Assembly: GCF_009914755.1 (NCBI RefSeq)
Contig: NC_060930.1
From: the human T2T-CHM13v2.0 reference genome, Homo sapiens
Direction: 5' to 3' (one strand)
Length of the DNA: 64,000 nucleotides
Shown here: in pieces, positions 30,881 to 44,973 of the stretch
How positions within the stretch are numbered: the stretch's first letter is position 1
Layout of the letters: each line of letters begins with the position of its first letter
Program-made: the position numbers and the translations under genes
The notes under the pieces: generated by a model
Told to the model about the DNA's origin: nothing
What the model saw: the letters and a program-made list of their open reading frames with translations, nothing else
The model's database searches: none

Positions 30881-31282
30881 TTTTTTTTAATTTTATTATT
30901 ATTATACTTTAAGTTTTAGGGTACATGTGCACAACGTGCAGGTTAGTTACATATGTATACATGTGCCATGTTGGTGTGCTGCACCCATTAACTCGTCATC
31001 TAGCATTAGGTATATCTCCTAATGCTATCCCTCCCCCCTCCCCCCACCCCACAACAGTCCCCGGTGTGTGATGTTCCCCTTCCTGTGTCCATGTGTTCTC
31101 ATTGTTCAATTCCCACCTATGAGTGAGAACATGCGGTGTTTGGTTTTTTGTCCTTGCGATCGTTTGCTGAGAATGATGGTTTCCAGTTTCATCCATGTCC
31201 CTACAAAGGACATGAACTCATCATTTTTTATGGCTGCATAGTATTCCATGGTGTATATGTGCCACATTTTCTTAATCCAGTC
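30881..31282 (-). mobile_element. 5'-truncated primate L1PA (L1PA4/5-like) 3' end
   Basis: ttattatactttaagttttagggtacatgtgcacaacgtgcagg...ttcttaatccagtc; 14-bp TSD a[c/t]gtagattttctt at 30867-30880 and 31283-31296; lacks the L1HS-Ta ACA diagnostic. Confidence 0.93.
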
Positions 31283-31602
31283 ATGTAGATTTTCTTGATG
31301 TGCAGACACTCCTCCCACATAGCAGTGCTCCCTGCTCTGGCTTTACTGTTGCTTCCTTTCATGCTGGGGGTAAAGCCTGAGGCCCTGTGGGCAGAGGCAG
31401 CACATGCGGGTACCCGTGTGCTGTACAGCATCACCTGGTCAGCCCGGGGACCTTGGCCCACTCTCCTACTTACACTTGAAAATACAAACTTTCACAAAGG
31501 TTAAGTGAGTTCTTCAAAGTTATCTGAAAGTTAATGTCATGGCCACAGGTGGAGCCAGGTCTCCTATCTCCTCACCTCTCAGTGATAAAGGATAGGTTTT
31601 TA

Positions 31603-31753
31603 GGCCGGGAACAGTGCTCACGCCTGTAATCCTAGCACTTTAGGAGGCTGAGGTGGGTGGATCACTTGAAGTCAGGAGTTTGAGACCAGCCTGGCCAACA
31701 TGGTAAAATCCTGACTCTACTAAAAAAAATAAAAAATAAATAAAAATAAAAAA
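31603..31753 (+). mobile_element. Alu left monomer only
   Basis: Left arm ending in an A-rich tail; TSD-like aggtttt. Confidence 0.85.
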
Positions 31754-32244
31754 GAACAGGTTTTAAAAATTGCTAGTGAGGTTCTGAAATCGGGGGATGG
31801 GGGGTGGTAGGGGGCTGTATTTCCTGAAAGACTGAGTGGTGCATATAGCAGCTTCTCCATTTGGATGGCTGGGAGTGAGTGCACAGATGTTGGCTGTTAT
31901 TAGCTACTTCTCACTGGAGATTTTGGCAGTGTTCTTTTTTTCCTTGATGGCTGTTCATATTCTAGTAATTACTGTACTTGAGTTTTTGTTTAAATCAGCC
32001 CTTTGGATAGTAAAATCATAATCTGCTCTAATTATAAAGTGTGTGGACTGTTTTAGGCATGGTTTACTAGAACAGTAAATGAAAGGGAACTTTCCAGGGC
32101 ACATGGCAGGTTGAGTCACAAAGCAAGGAGAGCCTGGTGGGCCTCAGGACAGGTAGGTTCAGTCACATTCTGGCCAATAGTCGATTGTGTCACCCTGGAC
32201 AAGTCATTTCCCATTCAAAACAAATACCAACAAATACTTCCATG

Positions 32245-32470
32245 TGATGCTGCTTACCCATCTGTGGGCTTTGGAGGACAGAGATTTTGTCTTTTTCATC
32301 TTTGTATATCTAGTGCCAGTCTAGTTCCTGGCACCTGGTAAATGAATTAACTTACTGTGTCTTAGGTTTTTCCCATCTGTAAAATGGGAACACCAATACC
32401 TCCCTAGGAGATTAAATGTGATAACAGATGTGGAAACATTTTGCAAAGTTCTAATCACCCTACATAATAC
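32245..32470 (+). mobile_element. L2 3' end followed by MIR fragment
   Basis: tatatctagtgccagtctagttcctggcac..aatgaat; cccatctgtaaaatggga..ggagattaaatg. Confidence 0.55.
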
Positions 32471-33129
32471 ATACATAGATATTATTCCTTTAAGCTTTGA
32501 GAGGATCATGAGAATGATGAATTAATTGAAAAGATACTTAATGTCTTCAATATAATGGTATTAAGTATCTCTTTAATATAACAGAACTGAAAAACCTTTT
32601 CCTTTCAAAGACTTTATCTTTGCATAGGAAATAGCATCATTAAATTGGTTTTGTTGATTTTCCTCTGGGTGTAGATCACTTAAAAGAGAAAAAAACATTC
32701 CAAAAGAGATTTATTTTTAGTATTTCTATGAGTTTGCTCAATTTTGTTTATTTAATTTTTACATATTTATGTGATGTTGGAAACACTGTTGGAAACAATA
32801 TTTTAGTTCTGTTCTGCATTTTTAAAAGCATTTCTTCTGTTAACTTCTTTTTCAGTGTGGTTTGTTGTGTAATAGACACAGCTTCCTAAGATCTTTCTGC
32901 AAAAATATTTTAAGGTTGAGAATGAAAGGACTTATTGATTGCTTATTAAAAGAACTAGGTTCTTCTTGAAAGTCCTGTTTGTTTTGTTTCCTTAGAATAC
33001 AATTAGAAAAAAAAAAGCACAGAGAAGTATTGCCTTTGTAGCTTTCTCAAGAAATAGTATTTGATAAGCGAGAACGCCAAAAAGTTCATGTCAAGATACC
33101 CTTACGCTTACCATTTCTTTTGCATTAAG

Positions 33130-33809
33130 TTTTTTTTCAACTCTTATTTTAGATTCAGGGGGTACATGTGCAGGTTTGTTACATGGGTATATTGCATGAT
33201 TTCCTGAAGTTTGGGGTACGGTTGAACCCGTCAACCTGAGCACAGCATGCAACAGGTAGTTTTTCAAACCCCCCTCCCTCCTGGCCCCTTTTGTAGTCCC
33301 CAGGGCCTATTTTTTTTTCTTCTTTATGTCCATGCATGACCAATGTTTAGCTCCCACTTATGGGCAAGAACATGCTCATAAGTATATGTTCTTGCTCATA
33401 AGTATTTGGTATTTGATTTTCTGTTTGTGTTAATTCGCTTAGGATAGTGACCTCCAGTTGCATCCAAGTTGCTGCAAAGGACTTGATTTCATTCTTTTTT
33501 ATGGCTGTATAGTATTCCATGGTTTATATGTACCACATTTTCTCTATCCAATCCACCATTGATCAATGAACACCTAGGTTGATTCCACATCTTGATATTG
33601 TGAATAGTGTGGCAGTAAACAAGACACGTGCAAGTATCTTTTTGGTAGAATAATTCGTTTTCCCCTGGGTATATCCCAGTAATGGGATTGCTGGGTTGAA
33701 TACTAGTTCTATCTTTAGTTCTTTGAGAAATCTTCAAACTGCTTTCCACAGCAGCTAAACTAATTTACATTCCCACCAGCAGTGTATAAATGTTCCCTCT
33801 TCTCTGCTG
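33130..33809 (-). mobile_element. Older primate L1 (L1PA13-16/L1PB-like) 3' fragment
   Basis: ttttagattcagggggtacatgtgcaggtttgttacatggg...aatttacattcccaccagcagtgtat; TSD-like gcttaccatt at 33106 and 33810. Confidence 0.88.
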
Positions 33810-33996
33810 GCTTACCATTCTGATTTGTCCTATAGACAAACCCATCTGCTTCTAAAGGTTAATGGAGAATCAGAAAAATTAAAATTTCAATTGGCAAAAC
33901 AAATGAAAGTTTCTGTATGATACATAGTTATCCAAATATGTGATCGTTTTATATGTAAAATATGAACTCCAACAAGTGATTGCTTTTGTTTCTTAG

Positions 33997-34123
33997 ATGG
34001 GTAGCCTATGAAAATCCTGACTTCACAGGAGAACAGTATATACTGGATAAAGGATTTTATACCAGTTTTGAGGACTGGGGAGGCAAAAATTGTAAGATCT
34101 CTTCTGTTCAACCTATATGTTTG
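33997..34123 (+). CDS. CRYBG1: CRYBG1 crystallin domain 4, Greek key 8 (WVAYENPDFTGEQY...ISSVQPICL)
   Basis: ttcttag|A TGG...TTG|gtaagg; 127 nt, phase 2/0. Confidence 0.96.
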
Positions 34124-34328
34124 GTAAGGAGTTATATTTTTGTATGAGAATATTTAACTGAATTCTGGATTTCCTTAATGTGTGTTCCTGGTTCATGTAA
34201 TAGTAATTGCTATGGAAAATATTCTGAGTTTATTTTTAGCAGTAATTGCTAATAATCTAGAAGAAAAAAACTTTTTCAATGTGTTTGTTCTATTCATTTC
34301 CTTTTCTCCTTCCTTTAAAAATTTTTAG

Positions 34329-34361
34329 GATTCTTTCACTGGCCCAAGGAGACGAAATCAG
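34329..34361 (+). CDS. CRYBG1: CRYBG1 33-nt linker exon DSFTGPRRRNQ
   Basis: atttttag|GAT...CAG|gtaact; phase 0/0. Confidence 0.88.
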
Positions 34362-34448
34362 GTAACTTTAAAAATATTCTTTTATATTAATATATAAAGG
34401 GCCTTCCATTGAAAAGCTGAACTTATGTTTCAAATGTCAGACATTTGG

Positions 34449-34727
34449 GGCCGGGTGTGGTGGCTCACGCCTGTAATCCCAGCACTTTGGGAGGTCAAGG
34501 CAGGTGGATCACTTGAGCTCAGGAGTTCAAGACCAGCCTGACCAACATGGGGAAACCCCGTCTTTACTAAAAAGACAAAAATTAGCTGGGTGTGGTGGCT
34601 TGTGTCTATAAGCTCAGCTACTCAGGAAGCTGAGGCAGGAGAATTGCTTGAATCCCAAGAGGCAGATGTTGGAGTGAGCCGAGATCGCACCACTGCACTC
34701 CAGCCTGAGTGACAGAGACTCTGTCTC

Positions 34728-34755
<28 letters not shown>
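34449..34755 (+). mobile_element. Alu (AluS-like)
   Basis: Full Alu; TSD tcagacatttggg. Confidence 0.95.
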
Positions 34756-34758
<3 letters not shown>

Positions 34759-35596
34759 GACATTTGGGACATTTTGTTAGTTTTACTCATTTTTATGCCT
34801 GAAAGCATAATTGTATTTAAAAAATAAGATTTAAGTTTACTTTAATGGTTAATTGACAGTACTGACCCATGTCTAAATAATTCTTATAAAATGCTTATTG
34901 TATAAAGCTGAATTTTATATCATTACATTGACTCAGTTTATATTAATACATTGAGATTAATATTTCAAACAATAGCATCTAGTTATTGTGATGGTAAAAT
35001 GAATTTTCATATTTGCTGTGTCGACACTAGACATTTTTTATGGTCTCACTCAAGCTTTCTGAATGCTGATTCTTAACATCAACTGGGGTGTACATTTGTT
35101 ATTTCGGCCTTTTAATGGAAGTGTTCACAGAGCCATAATTATAGAGGAACAAACACCACTATAGCCTCCTTTATTGGCATTCACAGGATTCCGATAAGTC
35201 AGCAAGTGTCTTCCATTGAGAAGGAAGGAAACTACACTATGTCTTTCCAAAATACTGTTTGTCGTTAATGTCAGAACTGATGAACAATGATTTCTGACCA
35301 CAATAAAGCTTTAAAATACCTCACAGCTTCACAACAGGGTGTTCTATAGAAAGTTACCTTTGTTGTTGCATTTTACTTTGATGTCTCTGAATTAAATAAA
35401 TAGTCACGAATGGTGCAGCTAACATGTTTCTAATTGATCATGAATGTAGACATGGAAAATTAAAGGATTTCTAAAATTCGTACCAGTTTACTGTAACAAA
35501 AGTCAGCAGGTCATGTTTAGGTCATCATTTCAAAGGCTAAATTAGTTAATGTGTTTAGGAAAATAATTTTATGTGTTTCTGTTTACTTTTTCAAAG

Positions 35597-35709
35597 ATTC
35601 ACTTGTTTTCAGAACCACAGTTTCAAGGTCACAGTCAAAGTTTTGAAGAAACAACAAGTCAAATTGATGATTCATTTTCTACCAAGTCTTGCAGAGTTTC
35701 AGGAGGCAG
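35597..35709 (+). CDS. CRYBG1: CRYBG1 crystallin domain 5, Greek key 9 (IHLFSEPQFQG...KSCRVSGG)
   Basis: ttttcaaag|ATT...GGCAG|gtaagt; 113 nt, phase 0/2; AAG acceptor. Confidence 0.9.
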
Positions 35710-36473
35710 GTAAGTGAAACAATGGCCTGGCAGAGCTGAATCACTGGAGTAAAACAGAATTCACACATCAGCAAGTATATAGTGATGCCTGTTAGGTGCT
35801 TGGCACTATGCGAAACCACCATCTTAGTCCAATGGCGTGCTTCGTGACATCTGAGTACCAGACGCCAGAGGACACGGGCTTCAGGTTGGTTGGAGAAGCT
35901 GAAGATCATCTCATTGTGTAATGGAATTCAGAGCAGGTTCTTTACTCTGTATGTCTTCCCATCATCTAGAAAGGGAGAGTTGGGCTCTAGTTAATCCAAG
36001 GTACCTCCCAAGTTGGATTGTTCAAAGGACAGGATCGGCACTCTGCATTAACAGGAAGGTAGAAAGTACACGCTGGAGTGGAGCTGGTGGACACGCGAAT
36101 CAGGGAGCATACCAGTCCGGCTTGCTGGGAGGGCTTTGTACTGGGAGGAGAAGCAAAGCTGAGCACACTGAGTTTAGATGGCTTCCACAGGAAACACAAG
36201 ACCCAGGGCAAAGGCAATGGGCTCAATTGTTTCATGCTGAAACAATCCTTGTACAAAAGCTTCATGGAGAGGGGAGAGCCCAAGGTCAGGGAAACTCGGT
36301 CAGGAAAGCCTTGGAGCAATCTGTGCAAGAGGTGTTGAGGATTTAAGTCTCTTAATAATAGTAGTAATAGTGCCTTTAATCATGTGGTTCTTTATGGTTG
36401 AAATAATGCTATCCTATCCTTTAGTATTGCACAGCAAAAAAGCACTGACTTTGCATTCAAATACACAGATGGA

Positions 36474-36767
<294 letters not shown>

Positions 36768-37026
36768 GGCAAATACATAGTTGGATAGTAAAGCTTCCTA
36801 GTTTGTTGGACATACTGCTACCACATCCCCACTCCTCGTTATCCCCTGCCTGCTTCATTTATTACCTCCAGTCCTGTGCATGTTTAAAATTACCTGTCTC
36901 AGCTCACTAGAGTATTAACTTCAGGAGAGCAGGGACTTTGGTTCTCTGCTGTATCCCCAGCAATAGAAAAGTACCTGACACATAATCCTCAAAAGGCATT
37001 TGTTGGGTTAAAAACAACAACAACAG

Positions 37027-37531
<505 letters not shown>

Positions 37532-37911
37532 TCAATAGGCCTTGGTGATTAACTAGTCACAAAGCTTGAAGAAGGATTATTCAAAAAGGACTTGAGGGCT
37601 TGAAGCTCCACTGGCTGGGCAAACGGTGGCACCCATGAGAAGAGCAAGGAAGGCTGGAGGCTGGGGAAGTCAGAAAGAACGTGGAGAAAGAAGTTTGTTT
37701 CCCAAATGCAAACTTAACTGACTTATTATGAATATTATTTTGCCACAAGCAGAAATGCAATAAATATATCCAAATATTTTTGAAGAAAGAACTCTGTTTG
37801 CCAGAAGCATTGTGTTTATTTTATAGCAGGCCACCTCTAAAAATCAGACTTCTTGAATAGGAGTGCTCAAGTTGCATATTCTGTGCATGTGTGTGGTTTT
37901 TCCCATTGTAG

Positions 37912-38041
37912 CTGGGTTGTATATGATGGAGAAAATTTCACTGGTAATCAATACGTGTTGGAAGAAGGCCATTATCCTTGTCTGTCTGCAATGGGATGCC
38001 CGCCTGGAGCAACTTTCAAGTCTCTTCGTTTTATAGATGTT
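37912..38041 (+). CDS. CRYBG1: CRYBG1 crystallin domain 5, Greek key 10 (WVVYDGENFTGNQY...FKSLRFIDV)
   Basis: cattgtag|C TGG...GTT|gtaagt; 130 nt, phase 2/0. Confidence 0.96.
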
Positions 38042-39536
38042 GTAAGTATGTCATTGTGAATAGTGTTGCAGAAATGTACGCCTCATATAGCTGATGGTCA
38101 GAGTGAGGTAACCAGCCGGTAGAACCTGCTCTTAAAGTTAGTTAAGGGCTTGGAGATGGAACTGTCCATTTGGCTCTGTGTACATCTAGTTTATTGATTC
38201 TAACTGGTACACGTTTTCCACCACCCTGTTTTACTCACTTAATCCTCATATGCATATCCCTATGGACCTGAGTGGGAGTCTCTTGGACTATATATTAGGA
38301 GTAGAATTACTGGATTTCACATGTAAGAACAGGCAGTTTCATTCAGTACTGCTAGATCCCACCACTTGAGACTCCCACCAGCAGTACACATTGTTGCCAT
38401 CACTGAATATTCTCTCATTCTAATTTTTGTCAACTTGATAGAATGAGCAGAAAGCAGTATGTCGTCATTGGGTTAATTTGTATTTCACTATTAGTGAGGC
38501 TGGTATCTCTTATTTATAATTTGCATTTTCTATTCAAGGAATTGTGTATTGTATCCTTTGCAATTTGGCTTCCTCTACCTTTGGTTGTTATTATTGAAGA
38601 AATTCCTTATAGGTTTTTAGTCTATTATTATTCTGTGTTTTAGAGATTTGCAATCAAATGACTTCTCCCAGTTTGCCACTATGTGCTAATCCAGATTATA
38701 GTGCCCTCTTTTGGACAGAAATCTTTCAGTTTGATGTAGTGGAAGTAATATTCAATAGAACAAAACTGCAAGATCATGTTCAGATATTAAAGTCTGGAAG
38801 TATCTGTCGTTTCTGACATTTTTATTAGTTTTTGGTAACTGCTTTCTCATAAAAAGCTTTAAACACACGTAATTGCTCATTTTAGTTTTAAAGGTAGGAA
38901 GAACGTATGTGAGTTGGTTTTCATCTCATCCCTGCCTGCCTGTTTAAATAGCAAAAATGCTACTGAGACATGAAAATAGTAACAAAGAAACATGAAATGA
39001 GGTAGTAAGATTCATTAGCTTACAAGTAATGAATAAGACTTTGATTGTTATTCTGCCTAGAATTCTAAAAGCTACCTACAAGTATATATTTGAAAATTTC
39101 AATGCCTTCCCTCAACCAGAACTTGGCATATATGCTCACAACACTCTGAGGCTATAGATGACATCTTTTTATGTTTTAATTGTGAGGAAATGAATGTTTT
39201 ACCCATATGAAGACTACATATCTTTGTGACTTAATACTTCAAAATTATTTAATTGCTTTTTAATACTAAAGTGTTTAGAACATTTTTGGGCTTGCCATCT
39301 CAAAAGTGCAATAAAAGTGCAAAGTAGTAATACTACTATAATTTTTGTCTTCTTTCCTCCATGTATGTTTTATATAAACTAATTCCTAGACCACACAAAC
39401 TACTTCTACACACTAACATGCTCTGTTTACTGACGGACAAAATCTTTTTACCAGTCAGGACACATCCACATAAATGAAGCAGTAAGGTACCGCACCCTTT
39501 CCACAAACTTTAAGCAGGATAGGGAAAAAATTGTAA

Positions 39537-39875
<339 letters not shown>

Positions 39876-40626
39876 TCCCACATGCTTTTTAATGCATCAT
39901 TTATGATCTTAGCAGTACTATCATTAGAGATTAATGTAGAATCAAAAGTGTCTATAATTTGAAAAAACAGGCATAAGCTGCCAACTTTTCATTTTCCTGA
40001 ACAGTGAACGTTTGTGCTGTTGTCCTCTTTAAAATGATTGACAGTTTGAACATAGAGCTTCCATCCTGTTGTTTTTTTTCTCTCCTCTTGACAATGATTC
40101 CTACAGGAAAGTTTGGGAGCATGAGTACACAGAATCATTGTCTTAGTGATGAACAGAAAAAAAAAAGACATTTGAAAATACATACAAGAGGAAGGTTCCC
40201 TGATTAGGCAATACCACTGTACACTAAGTGACTAAACATCAGATGCCACAGCCCTCTGACCCTTGGCAATTATGTCCATGACTTTCCAGCCCCTCCTTGT
40301 CCCATGAAAATGGCTAAGTCAAAAATAAATGCCATCAGAAGTGTTGATATTCCCAGCGTATACCCATTTCTCTTTTTTTTTTCCCCTGTTTTACAAACTA
40401 TTTATATTTACCTGCCTTCCTATGCAATGGAGAAACTAACTGCCCCTCTGTGCTTTCTCTCTAGCTTGGAGTACACAAACATCCAGGCTCCCTTGGAAAA
40501 GGAGTTTATGGAAAGGCCAAATCTAGCAGATTTTTTGTGCTTTGTCCTTGTAACAAGATGATTTTCACATAAGTTTGAATTATTAACAAAGATGAATAAC
40601 AGAACATTGTTTCTGTTCCTCAACAG

Positions 40627-40766
40627 GAATTTTCTGAACCAACAATTATTCTCTTTGAAAGAGAAGACTTCAAAGGAAAAAAGATTGAACTTAATGCAGA
40701 AACTGTCAATCTCCGATCCCTGGGATTCAACACACAAATACGCTCTGTTCAGGTTATTGGTGGCAT
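40627..40766 (+). CDS. CRYBG1: CRYBG1 crystallin domain 6, Greek key 11 (EFSEPTIILFEREDFKGK...IRSVQVIGG)
   Basis: ctcaacag|GAA...GGCAT|gtgagt; 140 nt, phase 0/2. Confidence 0.95.
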
Positions 40767-40821
40767 GTGAGTTACCTACTTGTTGACTCAATAAAATAGA
40801 TCATTTTAAAAATCAAGTTTG

Positions 40822-41120
40822 GGCTGGGCACAGTGGCTCACGCCTGTATTCCCAACACTTTAGGAGGCCGAGGTAGAAGGATCATTTGAATCCAGGGATT
40901 CAAGAAAAGCCTGGGCAACAAAGTGAGACCCCATCTCTACCAAAAATTTAAAAATTAGCCAGGTGTCGTGGCACATGCCTGTGGCCCCAGCTACGTAGGA
41001 GGCTGAGGCCGAAGGATCACTTGAGCACAGTAGGTTGAGGCTGCAGTGAGCCGTGTTCACGCCACTGTACTCCAGTCTGAGTGACAAAGCAAGACCCTAT
41101 CTTAATTTAAAAAAAAAAAA
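40822..41120 (+). mobile_element. Alu (AluJ-like)
   Basis: Full Alu, J-type gaggctgcagtgagccgtg. Confidence 0.93.
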
Positions 41121-41642
41121 TTGATCAGATTTCTCCCTCTCTTATATTATCTTAAACTAATTGACATATACCCTCTCTTTTTGTAAGGGTTAATAATTAT
41201 GCACCTTTGTAGAACACTTTTCCACTGGGAAAAGTCATATGTAAAGCATCTTTTATTTCATTATCCAGATTTTTAGTTTATTTAAGGTAAGGATTTTGTC
41301 TTTAACACCTCTCATAGTCTAGCAAGTAAGAAAGAGCTGACTTTACTTATCCCTTTAAAAAAGAGCAAGTCCTCTGATTTTGGAGCTCAGGGTTGGGATT
41401 TTCCTTTAGCTGGGAATGACTGGCAGATGTTATACAAATGATTAAAGGTCAACTTGGAAAGATTTTTTTCCCCTCAACTTCGAATACTTTTGAATAAGAT
41501 ATAAAAATGAATGAGTACCATCAATGTAATACATGTTTTTAAGAAAGTATTTTTCTTTTATTCACAAAAACAATAGGTATGGTCTACCTGTGTACAACAG
41601 ATGTTGGGGTGGACTACATCTATTTAAAAAATAATCAGGCCG

Positions 41643-41946
<304 letters not shown>

Positions 41947-41953
41947 TCACAGA

Positions 41954-42243
41954 AGCTGGGCGCAGTGACTCACGTCTGTAACCCTAGCACTTTGGGAGGT
42001 CAAAGTGGGCAGATCACTGGAACCCAGCAGTTCCAGACAAGCCTGGGCAACATGTTGAAACCCTGTCTCTATTGAAAACACAAAAATTAGTCGGGTGTGG
42101 TGGTGCACGCCTGTAGTCCCAGCTACTCAGGAGGCTGAGGTGGGAGATCACTTGAGTCTGGGAGGTTGAGGCTGCAGTGAGCTGTGATCGTGCCACTGCC
42201 CTTCAGCCTGGGCAACAGAGTGAGACCTACCTGGAAAAAAAAA
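41954..42243 (+). mobile_element. Alu (AluJ-like), tandem with the previous Alu
   Basis: Full Alu. Confidence 0.93.
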
Positions 42244-42943
42244 TTATAGAATATTAGGGTGGTAGAATTATGGGTGATTTTTTTGCAGTAGGTTTTAATA
42301 TTTTGTTTTTATGATAAGATGACTAAAATGATAAAATTTTATCCAGGATTTAAGTTCCAGGATTAAAAGTAGAGTGCATTCTTCCCTGATGTAATATGCA
42401 AGAGAGGAGGGCGCTGGGCTGCTTCCACGCCAGTCTGCGCTTAAACCCATACTTCCTCAGGTGTGCAGCAGTAGCATCTGAGCGGAAGGGAACTGAGTAT
42501 CTTAGCAGTTTTTTAGATTTAACAAAGATTACTCTCACTGCAGACAAAACTTTTTATTTAACCCTATTTAGCACCTACTAAGAGCTTTGGAAATATTAAC
42601 AACTTAAAGACCCATTATTACAACTGAAGCTATTTTATGAATAGTTCCCAGGAAGAACTGAGGAATCCACTAAAAGACAATATTTCATTGCTTTATGGAG
42701 GAAAAAACTTACCTATTTCTCTTCAAGAATGGAACTTTTTGGCATAAGTACTCATGTAACAAAAATTTGCTATTTGTCAAGAAATTACTTCTTTTAAGTG
42801 TTCTAGAAAAGATCATTTTTCCCCCAATGTATGTTAAAAGTATATAGTTCAGTCTAGAAATGGAAAGCATTCTAAAAATAAATGTAATTGGGGTCCACTG
42901 TCAAATGAAAATTGCCACTTACTGTGGTTATTTTTGTTTTCAG

Positions 42944-43067
42944 ATGGGTTACTTATGAATATGGCAGTTACAGAGGGCGACAGTTCCTATTGTCACCTGC
43001 AGAAGTACCTAATTGGTATGAATTCAGTGGCTGTCGCCAAATAGGTTCTCTACGACCTTTTGTTCAG
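42944..43067 (+). CDS. CRYBG1: CRYBG1 crystallin domain 6, Greek key 12 (WVTYEYGSYRGRQF...IGSLRPFVQ)
   Basis: gttttcag|A TGG...CAG|gtattt; 124 nt, phase 2/0. Confidence 0.95.
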
Positions 43068-43482
43068 GTATTTTCTTCCTCTCCATGCTCTGCATAGACT
43101 CTTCTCTGAAATTTTTTTGTAAATGCAATCCAACTTTTTATCCAATTTTTTTATTCAAAGTTTATAACTGGCCTCACCCTATAAACTCCTTCCCTGCCCC
43201 AATAATCTGGGCTCAGTTTCTGGTGCTAAGAGGTGTGGCTGCTTCAGAAGGCCATCAAACTGAACATCAAACGCAGTTATCCACAGGCAGGCACCCTGCC
43301 TCAGGCGCTTTGACATTTTGTCAAACTCTTCTCATTGAGAAAATTTAAAACCTCTAAGACTCTTGAGTATGGTAATTACCCTTAGTCCATATCTCACTTT
43401 GGATTCTTCCTGATATTCATGCTTGTTCAGTGCTTCCAGCAGCACATCTGGTATAACAACTGCTGGGGGTTTTGTCTTCTAG

Positions 43483-43641
43483 AAGCGAATTTATTTCAGA
43501 CTTCGAAACAAAGCAACAGGGTTATTCATGTCAACCAATGGAAACTTAGAGGATCTGAAGCTTCTGAGGATACAGGTCATGGAGGATGTCGGGGCCGATG
43601 ATCAGATTTGGATCTATCAAGAAGGATGTATCAAATGCAGG
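43483..43641 (+). CDS. CRYBG1: CRYBG1 ricin-B lectin domain exon 1 (KRIYFRLRNKATG...DDQIWIYQEGCIKCR)
   Basis: tcttctag|AAG...AGG|gtgagc; QxW repeat (QIW); 159 nt, phase 0/0. Confidence 0.94.
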
Positions 43642-44635
43642 GTGAGCTTTAGGATTCCACGGGGGCCTGTGATGGCTTTGCTAGGAGGTGACTCATCCTT
43701 TCATATGCTTTTGATCTTTTCTTCAAGTAGATGCAATTTCACAATTCCTGGAGTACTTTCAGAAATGAATTTGTTTTTTTCATGACAGTATATCCTAGCT
43801 CTGATAGAACCAGTCTAGGAACTTAAAATGAAAGGTAAATATAGCACTGATCCAAGATAGAATATTTATTTCTATGCTTGATTTTTATATAGTAGTAGAA
43901 AAAGGAAGTGTGTTATTCTTCCCTTTTTCCTTAATGTAACTGTTACAGAAACAAACTATAAGCTCCAGCCCTGTCAACAAAAATCACTCTTGGTTTGTTT
44001 TGGGGAAATCCACAGAACGGGATGAAGGGTAAAGAGATCCCTCTGTGTGCTACACAGTCCATTTCCTAAGTGTCATACGTTGTAAATTAGAAAATGGCCC
44101 ATGTCCCTCCTGCATCATTCCTACTATTAACAGACACTTAAAAGCTGACTGTAGTAAGATTTTTATGAAAGAAGCTCATGCTTCTATGGTAGATAAAACT
44201 TTTTTACTCCTTGATTTTGTGAGCTTGACCGTTGGCTCCTGATTTTCTTTAAAAAAACAAAACAAAACAAAACAAAAAACCAAAAAAAACCTGGTGCCCC
44301 GTGAGTCAGCAGAAGGAACACAGCCTTGCGAAAAGGAGTACAACTCGTTAATTGGGTCTGTTGTGCTGGAGGGGGAATTCTTTCAGTAAACAGAAGTACT
44401 GTTTGGACATGCATAGAAGAACTAGCAGGAGAAACAGAAGTAGTTGTAATATGGAATCATGAAAAGAAGCTTTCTGCCTTTGAATTGTCTTAATCCAAGA
44501 AAATGGTGTCTTTCAGCAGTTATTTCTAACAGACATTTCAGTGATGTTATTTAACAACTTTGAATTCAATAGGTCAATGAGAAAAAGTCTCCTAGATTAT
44601 CACAGTGCTTTCATCTCAATATAGAATAATATACT

Positions 44636-44932
<297 letters not shown>

Positions 44933-44973
44933 TACAATAATACACTTTTAACAGGCATTTTTATAGCAACATT

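Noticed and set aside
30996-31318. ORFs resembling L1 ORF2 C-terminus (WHIYTMEYYAAIK)
   Set aside because: Part of the 5'-truncated L1 fragment, not an intact gene
35921-36346. 141-aa ATG ORF in an intron
   Set aside because: No recognisable domain, splice context or promoter; overlapping ORFs in other frames suggest a locally GC-richer, stop-poor stretch
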